DNA of 64,000 nucleotides from Pelomyxa schiedti (taxonomy: Eukaryota; Protista; Evosea): positions 1 to 64,000 of the forward strand of contig JAHLWZ010000798.1 in assembly GCA_020536535.1 (NCBI GenBank). Direction: 5' to 3'. This document shows, piece by piece, positions 54,629 to 64,000 of the stretch (position 1 is its first letter; every line of letters starts with the position of its first letter). Under the pieces are notes generated by a model, which made no database searches, was not told where the DNA came from, and saw only the letters and a program-made list of their open reading frames with translations. The position numbers and the translations under genes are program-made.

Positions 54629-54677
54629 CAACAACAAAAAAAAATTTTTCTTTTTTTTGGCCTTTGGCGAAACAAAA

Positions 54678-56477
54678 ATGAGCACGAGCGATGTGACGCC
54701 GACGTGCACGAGCGGCACCAAGTTGGGAGGCGGCGGCGGAGACGGCGCAGGGCCGACGTGCTTCTATTGTGGGCGCGGCGCTGAGTACGACGTGAACGGG
54801 GGCGGGACGTCGCGGCCGAGGTGCGGGCGGCACTGGCGGTACGTGTGCCGAGTCTGCGGCTCTGCTTACCACTTTGGCTACGTGGTGTTCTGCCCTCGGG
54901 CCACCGCGTTTGTGTGCGCCGGCTGCTGCCCGCAGAACAGGGAGATCCCGCCGTCGTCGCTGCCGCCTTCGACGCCGCCAGCGCCTCCCAAAGCAACTGA
55001 CACTGTGACGTCGGATGCAGCGGAACCTGCAACTGCAACCGCAACCGCAACTGCAACTGCAACTGCAACCGCAACTGCAAATGCAAATACGGCGGCCATG
55101 GAAGCCATTAGACCTGCACCTTTGACTAGGAATAGGATGGAGGGACAGTGCCCGTTGTGCGGAGAGTGGCATTGCAGGCTCGACGTTGCTGAACTGATGG
55201 GACTTCACCCTTACCAGCTGAACCCTGAATGGGAGAGTATGTAAAAAAGCACTAACATTTTTTTTTTTTTTTTTTTACTTTTTTGAAGGAGACCGATTTG
55301 GGTTAAGCACTGAAAGGGCACTCCCAGCTCTGCAGGTTAAAGTACCTCCCCGACTTGATGTTGTCTCTGATAAAGGTATATCACGTTGGAAAAACAACCA
55401 CTAATTCCTGACAGACGTGTCTCAAAATTGGACTCAAAAAGCTCCCACTTGGCTTGAAGGCTACGACGAATTTGGAGATTGGAACAGGAAGCATTGCATG
55501 TAAAGATACCACCAATTGTGGCACTCTTAACGTGGTTGCAAATTAGGGATCCAGTTTTGTTTAGGCTACTTGGTCCGTATGCCGGATTAACAGTTCTCGA
55601 TCTCGGGTGTGGTGGAGGTGGTTCGTAACGTTCCATATCCCTCCTAATGTTAACACAGGTACGCCTTACTTATGCAGGAGTGGTTAATGTAATAGTCCTT
55701 TATAGGGTACCTGTGCCGATTGTTAGCTAAAGGAGGTGCTGCTACAGTTGTTGGCGTGGATAACTGTGATGGGTTCCTCCAATCCGCGTTGGCTGCTGAA
55801 AAATCATCCCCAATGGGGATTGTGTACCACAACTCATCTATAAGCTCCATGCCATTTTTAAAGGTTTGTCTTCAATACTATCTCTTTAACAACCCAAAGG
55901 ATGAGACGTTCGACGCCGTAGTGAGCAACTATGTCCTTATGGATTGCATGAATTACGTTGAAGCGGTAAATGAGACCTGGCGAGTATGTATTCCTCCATA
56001 TTTCCTGGTATTAAAGTAAATGGTACAGGTATTGAAAAGGAATGGCATTGCCGTAATAGTTATTTCACATCCATGTTTCAATACGATACCTATGCATGGG
56101 TACATACCATTTAATCCTTTTTCCTCCTTAAAAGGACCCAAAGGTGGCTGTCTATTCCTTCCGATAGTATGTACAAGGAAGACAGAGCCGGATTTCTTGT
56201 GGATGGTTACTTTGTGACTGGATGCTTTATGGAAAAATGGGGTCGCTTTAAAGAACCGTTTTACAACTTCCACAGAACCCTTTCCGATTACTTCTCTACT
56301 TTCAGGTTTTCGTCACAATGCTCTCTCAGCTAATGCCGAACTGAATAAAATAACAGGCGAGCGGGATTTGATGTGGTAGAAATTGAGGAACCCAGGTGCG
56401 TGAATGGCTCTGAGGCGTCCGTGAAAAATGCACTACGAATTCCTTGGGGTTTGACATTTAAACTGAGGAAACCATAA
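54678..56477 (+). CDS. Class I SAM-dependent methyltransferase with an N-terminal Cys/His-rich zinc-finger-like region
   Basis: VLDLGCGGGYLCRLLA, VVGVDN, FDAVVSNYVLMD, RVLKRNG...ISHPCF, FHRTLSDYF. N-terminus has CFYC...CGRH...CRVC...H...C...CAGC, an (AT)n linker and CPLC. Confidence 0.88.
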
Positions 56478-56594
56478 AACAGTAAGAAATGGTTTTTCTT
56501 TGTTCATTTTATCAACATAAACAAAGTGTGGCTTTAAAACAGCTGGGTGGTGTCTTAGTGTCACAATGGTGTCTTTGTTTCTTTCCTTCCTCTC

Positions 56595-57790
56595 TTATAC
56601 AAGGCATCCCCCTTTGGAAGTTTTCTTTGTTTTTCCTTTGCCCTTCCCTTTCCCTTTTGATTTACTCTTCCCGCCTTCCTCACCATCAAGGGAGAATACA
56701 GGATCCTTGGTTTTTTTGTGTCCTTTGTCTTTCTCAAAGTCCATAAGTCTAGGTAGAATCGGTGTTAACAAAAAAAAAATGTGTAAGATTGGAGACTGTA
56801 CCCTGACAGAACTGACTCTCCCAGTGCGTTGAATACTTCTTTTACATTGGTTCCAACCTTGGAGGAACACCGGAAAGCACTCATAGAATGGGCTTTCGCG
56901 AATTCCTTGGCACATATTAAGGGGAAAAAAAGGGGGGGGAAGCAAAAGGTACTTGTTCCATTTCCTCAGAAACTTGAGGAGACCCCAAGTCATCCTTACA
57001 ACCAACAAGTACAAGCTTTACAGATTCAGCCCCAGCATACCGGTCGACCTGCTGCAGCCATTCTTTTAGGGATAAAAAGGATTCCAAATCTGAAAATTGT
57101 CATTAAAATATTGTCCAACGAGTAAGAGCAATAACTTGTAACATCGTAGCACAATAATACACCCTGGGCATTTCTGTAGTAAGATGCCGTCACTGTACGA
57201 AATCTAGGGATGAGGGTGAACACTCTTACGCCTTAACAAAGGAAACCTCACCTCTCTTGACCATTTGTATCCCACTATATACCAGAAACACTGTGAGAAA
57301 AGAAAACAGAGGAAAAAGGAACATACAACTGTCAAGAAGTTAGTGTGGGTAAGTTGGATGCAGAAAGGGGAAAAAAAAAAGAGAGAGATTAAAAGTAATT
57401 GCATACCAAACAGTGCCACTCTCTTTCCTTCAATTTGTACATTTTTCTTACGCTTTCACAGATGTCAGCCTTTAGTTGTTTCAGGAAAGAAAAAAGGTAA
57501 CATACAAAATCGTAGCCAGCAGGGGAAGCTGGTTTGTCACTAAATGTATCATCCTAAAGAAAGCCAAAACAATGAGCTTGTGCAATCACCAAAGCATTCG
57601 TTTCGAATGTTCAAAAAGAAAAAAAACACAAATACTAACACGTCAACAGTAAGCTCAAGAAAGAGAGTACATTTCCCAGACCACACTAGTAGTAAAAGCG
57701 TACCACAAATCTAAGCATCAAACTCGTCTTGCCTACGGCTGCATCACCCGTCAACAACAACTTGAGCTGATAGTCGTAGTCTGTTGCCAT
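56595..57790 (-). CDS. Divergent Rab1-like small GTPase
   Basis: YDYQLKLLLTGDAAVGKTSLMLRF, WDTNGQERFRTVTASYYRNAQG, VLVGCKDD, CSSK, and a polybasic tail ending GGCLV*. Confidence 0.9.
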
Positions 57791-57970
57791 CTAAGATCCC
57801 GGCTCACACCCGCTACACAAACTGCAACAGTAAAATAAACCAAAAAGAAAAACGTTTTTCTGTTTTGTTTTTGCTGTTGATTAAGTTCCGGTTTTCGAAG
57901 TTCATAGAATGTGGGTTATTTTTCCTCATTTGTGGCACGTGGAATTCCCCAATGCAGAAGAAAAGTGGTA

Positions 57971-58042
57971 TGGCCCCGCTCAGAATCGAACTGAGATCAG
58001 GAGAGCCAGAATCTCCCATACTAACCATTATACTACAGAGCC
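57971..58042 (-). tRNA. tRNA-Gln (anticodon CTG)
   Basis: GGCTCTGTAGTATAATGGTTAGTATGGGAGATTCTGGCTCTCCTGATCTCAGTTCGATTCTGAGCGGGGCCA folds as a cloverleaf: acceptor GGCTCTG/CGGGGCC, anticodon stem GGAGA/TCTCC, T-arm CTCAG-TTCGATT-CTGAG. A T-run (Pol III terminator) follows. Confidence 0.95.
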
Positions 58043-58160
58043 TTAGTGGAGGTGTTGCTGCTCCTGTGCACGGAAGGGTGAGATGGGGGAAACGGGGACA
58101 AGTTGGTTTTATTTTCAGAATACACAAATACAAAGGTTACAGGTATTTGTTAAACAACAG

Positions 58161-59231
58161 TTACGATTGTATGCTCTCATCTAGCAAACGTTTATCCTCT
58201 TGGCTCTCTATCTCGATTTTGGGCTTCTCTCGTTCTATTTCGTGTGAGACTACAAACATGAAAGTGTAATACAACTTTGTGAGGACTGAACACGAAGTAA
58301 AACCAGCATTAGAATGAGAGGTAAAATCTCTAGCCCCAAGTAGTATGAGATATCAACCCACCAGTAACTTTCAGATACAGTATCATTCATTGTTACAATC
58401 TTGAGAGTGACTTAGGAGTAAGGAAGAAATAAGATGAAGGATAGCAGGGTACTTGTGAGAACAATTACCATGAGTACAGCTCTTGTAACAAAACAACAGG
58501 TGCACATAAGGGTCAGTGCTGTAACTCGTGGTAGTACAGCTCTTGCTGTCGGACTTCCACCAAAATTGTGCTGAGAAAGCAGCTTATATAATATAAGGCA
58601 TCCATACATGAGGAACCCCCCGGCAAGAATGAAATATATCGATACTGTCATCTATTATACAAGAAGGAGAGATTGTTAAAAGAAAATCTTTCTCCAGTAT
58701 ATGGTAACCCATATTAAGGCTGAAGTGAGGGAATCCCCAATACTTCCATCCTCCACAACATCTGCCGTGTAAGCACACACCAGAGAAATGAGAAAGAGGT
58801 AAAGGAGGCAGTTGACAGACTAAATTTGATAGTTAATCACCAACGTGTAAAAGAAAGAAGTTGCATACAACAAGAATAAACTGCAAAAGTTTGTGTGTAA
58901 ATTTAGTACTTGTTGAAAGTTTTGAGTGATAAATTTCTGCCCTTTGTCTGTTAGAAAAAGAAGCTCACGTTTTTCAGTACCAGCACATTAGGACAATAAA
59001 ATAACATGAGAAGTAGATGTAACTCGGGATATAATTTAGCAGGGAATTCACTGCATGCGGTATTATGCCATTGTTTATGCATATAAGTGCGAAGTATATA
59101 GCCCTGGCTAACCCGTATTTTGGTGAACAACCAGCGATAACACAAGTAATAAAAAGGTGGGGGACTTACACCAACATCCAAGAATAAATAATACATGAAA
59201 CCATACCTGATTCATTGTCAAAACAGGAAAA

Positions 59232-59268
<37 letters not shown>

Positions 59269-59477
59269 TGACCACAACACGCCTGCCACTTATTTTTCAA
59301 CTCTTTTGTCTTGTATGCCCTCCTGCACCTCTTCCCAAGCGACCAGCACGATATCGCGCTCAAAATGGCGTAGCACATCGACAGCGTAGCGTGCATCAAC
59401 ATGAGCACCCACTCGGGTGCGTCCACAACCACCGAGGACGACGACGAGGACGGCGGAGGTGGCGGCGGTTCCTCCAT
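58161..59477 (-). CDS. THH1/TOM1/TOM3-like (GPR137-related) 7-TM membrane protein
   Basis: About 7 TM helices, including AGGFLMYG, RVTALTLMCTCCFVTRA and YYLGLEILPLILML. Confidence 0.7.
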
Positions 59478-59562
59478 CAAACGCCAAACCCCCAAATTTG
59501 TGGCGAATTTATTTGTTGAACTTGTCTTGAGTTCTAGAAGTTCAGTGCATCAAGAGCGATTT

Positions 59563-61336
59563 TCAGGCGGTGGTGTTGCTGTAGTTGTAGTAGTAGTTGA
59601 AGGAGTTGGGGTGGTGGGAGTGATGGTGATGGGTGGGAGTGAGAGTGGGAGGCAGGGCTTGGTTGGACTTGGGCTGTAGTGGTGATTGGCTTGCACAGGC
59701 ATCTTGTACAGGCTTCTTGTAGACTGTGGGTGCTAGAATGACCCTAATCTCGGGCTCAAGCCATGCTGCCCTTTGCATTACAAAATCTTTGCTCTGTTTG
59801 TGGGAAGAGAGTTAGTAGAGTTGGTCTTGTGTTATGCAACTTTTTTGGGTATACCTTGAAGTAGTAGTTGGGTTGAAGGGGATTCTTGTAAGAACGGGAA
59901 TGGAAGGCTTTGGGCAAAACATTGCTAGAGACCCGGTCCAAATTTAGTAAGCCCATGTGTTTGAGGGTGCATGCTACAAGCTCTGAGCAAAACACGGAGC
60001 TTTCATCATCTTTTCGATTCAGGTAAACAACTGACCGAACTATTGTCAACCATTTCTTTTGGTAGGACACATCTGCCATTTGCAAGAAGAACTTTTGGCA
60101 AAGAGTGAGAAAAGATGCGTGGTAGGGTGGACATACACGCTCCATATCAGGGAAGTCCACAGCATTGTCCCCAGTTCTTCCAGGAAGAACCAGCCTTCGT
60201 ATAAGGCAAAACATCTTGTGCTTGTATAGGCGTTCATAATCAAACAACCAGTAGCTAAAAGGTACGAGCTTTGTTTTTGTGGGTGAATGTCAAGATTAAA
60301 AATTGGAAGGAAACCTGTGTACCCCCTCCATGCCTGTTGTCAACTGTCCAATAGTCTGATTCGTAGATAAAAATCTATTGAACTTTAAAAATTTTACAAG
60401 TGATGGAGTGAGTACTTACATCATGGTCACTTCCTTTTGGCATGGTAAAGCCCTCAGACTCTGCTAAGTCATAATAGTTGTTAACTTTGTATGCTTCTCG
60501 GATAGCAGGGGATGGGTTCCTTATAATCTAACTTTATTTACTCTTTTTGAATGACTTTATTCTGCCTTACCACAGCCGCATGGCTCCAGTATGAAGTCGT
60601 CGCTGTGCAAACATTACACTTGAATTGAAGTGACTTTTAGCCCATAAGAAACTATACCCAACTCAATTCCAATACTGTGCAATTCACTGCCATGGAAGAT
60701 CATGATATCCTACAAAAAGCAAAAAAACAGAAAAAATAAGTGGGGTCAGGCATTCTCATAAGCGAGGGAACTCACTCCAGTCTCCAGAGACCCAGCGACC
60801 TCGCTGTACAAGTGGACCGGGTACTGAATTGTCTTCCACTTGGCATTCACGGACTTGGCGGTTCCCTTAACAACCGAGTGGGTTCCCGTAATAGCCGAGT
60901 GCACAGCCGCCCTAACATGCGGGCGCTTCTTCCCGTCCCCACCCTCCCCACTCACTCCCTCCTCGCTCCCACCGACACTGACACTAGCACTGGCACTAGG
61001 AGTTGCAGTGGCAGTGGCAGTGGCCGTGGCCGTGGCTGAGGCAGCGGGAGTGGGTGATGGCGTTGCGGCGGCGGCGGCTGCTGCTGCTGCTGCGGCTGCT
61101 TTGGCCTTGGCCTTGGCGGCGCGCCTCTCCTGGACGGCGGTGTGTATCTTGGCGCGGAGGTGGACGTTGCGGTGCCACCTGGAGACGGGGGCGGCGGCTG
61201 GGGCGCCGGGGGAGGGCGGCCCAGTGACGACGAGGCTGCTGCCGTCTGCGGACACCGAGACCGACGCGGAGTCCTCGGGCGGGGTGCCGTATCCCGTGGC
61301 GTCCAGGACAACCGACGCTGCTGTTGTGTCTGTCAT
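59563..61336 (-). CDS. Permuted papain-like amidase (NlpC/P60 permuted, YaeF/YiiX-like) with an Ala/Thr-rich N-terminus
   Basis: His-before-Cys order: DIMIF...WSHAAV ... VFCSELVACTLKHMGLL...VLPKAF. Confidence 0.8.
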
Positions 61337-61668
61337 TTGCTTGTTTGTGGGTTTTTTTATTTTTTTTTTGTTCTTTCCTTTGGCGTTTCGTCGGTTGCTT
61401 CGCTGGGGTTTTTCGAGAAGGAAGGAGAGCTATCCAGGAACTACTTGGGATGCGCTATGCATGGAAGTACTAGTTCAGCGAGTATGCCGCTGGGGAATAG
61501 TATCAGGCCTCTTTCTGAGGACTGGAAAACAATTGGGGATTTTTTGCGTCACACTCTATTTATGCCCCTTCCTTCCTTTAGATTTTTTTTTCAAAAAAAC
61601 AGTGGGTTGCCGTGAACGGTCAAAAGTTGAAAGGAAAAAAAAGAAAAAAAGATCCACAACCAAACGCA

Positions 61669-63187
61669 ATGGCCGCAACACCGTCGGTAATTCGGCTCGT
61701 TCCTTGCATCACGTGCCACGCATGGAATGCGGACCACAGCAGTGCGTTGCGTGTTTTATTGGAATTTGTTTTGTTGTCGAGTACTGGGTTTTTTTCCCCT
61801 GCGGGCTGTGTTTTGTTGGCGTAACCGACATGATCTATTCGTTTTTTTTTTTTTTATGTGGGGCGGCGTGGCTAATCTGAACCACAGAACTTGCTTTGTG
61901 CCCAAATAACAATGAAGTTCAAATTTACAAGAAGACCACAGAGTGGACGTTGGAGTTCACCCTCAAGCAGGTCTTCTTATTCACAACTTATTTGCTTGTC
62001 TCTTTTTTTTTTCTCCCCCACTTTATTAACCGAGGTTTAGCATGATGCTGTTGTAACTTCCATCGATTGGGCTCCACGCACCAACCGAATTGTGAGTTGC
62101 AGCCAAGACAGGAATGCTTACGTGTGGGCTTTTGACGCCGAAGCCAACAAATGGAACCCCACATTGGTCATTCTGCGAATCAACCGCGCTGCCACTCACG
62201 TGAGGTGGAGCCCAGAGGGTAGGTTTTTGTTTCCCTGATTTTTTTTTTTCAACTCCCCTTCTAGAGAACAAGTTCGCAGTGGCCAGTGGAGCTAAGGTTG
62301 TTTCTGTTTGTCACTTTGAAGAGGATAATGACTGGTGGGTTAGCAAGCATATCAAGAAGCACAGATCAACTGTTACCAAAGTACGGTGTTTCAGATTATA
62401 GTTCTAAATCTTACGGGTGTTCAGGTCGCATGGCATCCAAACAATCAACTCCTTGCCACTGGCTCCACCGACTCCAAATGCCGTGTTGTAAGTTGCCAAA
62501 TTAAGGGTATTGACAGGCGTTTGGCAGCCAGTTCTTGGGCTGGAGCTAAGCCACCTCCTTTTGGTGAAGTGGTTTGTGAGGTGGACTGTGGAGGCTGGGT
62601 TCATGGAGTTGCCTTCTCTCCAAGTGGTGACAGATTGGCCTTTGTTGGTCACGATGCGACTGTTGGCTTCGTTGATGCCCCAGCAACTCCCGGCGCCCCA
62701 ACGAACCCCTGCATTGTGAAGCTGTCCACCCTCCCTCAAATGGATGTTCTGTTTGTGGATGAGAACCGTGCCATCACCGTTGGTCACGACTGCCAGCCCC
62801 TCTTGTTCACCAGCAGCGGACCTGGTGCATGGTAAGGGTTTCAAAATTTCCAGAAATTACTGGTAACTTTTGTAGGGCCTTCACCAAGAACCTTGATGAG
62901 AAGCCCAAGGCCACTGGTGGTGCAGCAGCCAGGGGTGGACCTGGGTCTGCCAATGCCTTTGACATTTTCAAAACGGCTACCGAGAAGGGTACCACCGACT
63001 CCAATGCCACCCAGACTGTGTTGGAAACAAAACACCAGAACACGATCACGTATGTTACTTGCTTTTTCCCTTCCAATATACTTACATTCCGCACAGAATG
63101 ATCATTCCATTCTCCGCCACCGGTGGTGTCCTAGCCGAGTACTCAACAAGTGGGTTGGATGGTGCCGTAATTGTCTGGCGTGTGTAA
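61669..63187 (+). CDS. ARPC1: Arp2/3 complex subunit 1 (p41-Arc)
   Basis: [73 protein letters not shown]. Confidence 0.97.
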
Positions 63188-63499
63188 GTGTTTCTGTGTT
63201 TGTTTACAGAGAGAACCAAACATGTTTTTTCTTTTTCATCAAGTTCCATTTTTTTTTTTTTTAAACTCCAAACCAGAAGCTGCACGATCCGGAACGACTG
63301 TCCCATTCACAGACACCGAACATGGATTGGTACGTGCTGGGTTCGTGTGTGGCTGATGGCATCGCAATGACATCAGTGTCATCAGCAGTGCGTGTTGTTA
63401 GTTGCTGGGCGCCATAATCATCAACCAATGAACTGGTTTTGGCACCGCACTGCGCCACGCACGCCGCCCAACCCACAACCCCTACCATAACAACCAACC

Positions 63500-64000
63500 C
63501 ACAAAGTGGCACGACGCACGCCAATATTTCGGTGACACAACGAATTGACCGACCCCAACCCCAAGGTGTTGACCGTGGTCAAGTACGAGCACGGCGAGTG
63601 CACCACGTCGTTCATGGTGGGCCGCGTGAACGTGATAGGCTTCTTTGAGAGGCTGGTCACTCTGGCCGTCGCAGGCGTGCTGCTCTTTTCGGGTCACTGG
63701 ATTATGGCTCTGCCTTGCGTGCTACTCTCTGTTCCTTTCATTGCATTGTATGTGGGCCTGTATGTTTTATTTATTTTAGGTTTTTGTTTAGGGAAATCCC
63801 TAGTCCTATCTTTCGTGTATTCCCTGTCTAACCTCAACAAACAGACTTTTTGCAAGAAGACCGGTGTTTGATCCAGACACACAGTTGCATAAGAAAGGAC
63901 TACGCCGGCTCAGGAAATGCCTTCTGGGCCTTGGTTCATTCCACGCTACACACTTCTTGATATTACTCTGGGTGCTACTAATTGATTCATTGAACGAGAA
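63500..64000 (+). CDS. Partial hypothetical membrane protein running off the end of the window
   Basis: Hydrophobic pair LVTLAVAGVLLFSGHWIMALPCVLLSVPFIAL followed by an intron-like stretch. Confidence 0.35.

Noticed and set aside
55027-55085. GCAACT/GCAACC hexamer array as a CRISPR or regulatory repeat
   Set aside because: Coding microsatellite for an Ala-Thr linker; it has no spacers.
57784-58269. 161-aa and 106-aa ORFs over the tRNA
   Set aside because: Spurious frames spanning the tRNA gene and neighbouring gene ends.
60840-61880. 346-aa plus-strand ORF upstream of ARPC1
   Set aside because: Antisense shadow of the amidase's GC-rich first exon running through the promoter.

Overview
Gene-dense, intron-rich eukaryotic nuclear DNA with many ~40-50 nt GT-AG introns, frequent AAG acceptors, and intergenic gaps often under 100 bp. 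The gene content and style suggest an anaerobic amoebozoan such as Pelomyxa (Archamoebae); this is inference, not a database result. About 30 protein genes and one tRNA-Gln(CTG) are visible. Recognisable housekeeping genes: RPS21, ARPC1, GMDS, QTRT2, MED9, INCENP, GH2 beta-mannosidase, a BAR-SH3 protein and an MFS transporter. Signalling genes: an LRR-Roc-COR-kinase (Roco), an atypical Rab, two OTU proteases and a RhoGAP-jouberin fusion. Several enzymes look bacterial in type but carry introns: a cobalamin-binding-type radical SAM enzyme directly downstream of QTRT2, a ZZ-finger-fused carboxylic acid reductase (A-T-R), and a Cys-finger-fused class I methyltransferase. Other points of note are an elongase with degenerate catalytic motifs, a predicted 2-nt micro-exon, and CpG-rich 5' gene ends. 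Both 100-N gaps are flanked by exact 121-nt duplications and look like assembly artefacts. Exon boundaries were read by eye, and family calls rest on remembered motifs rather than searches.
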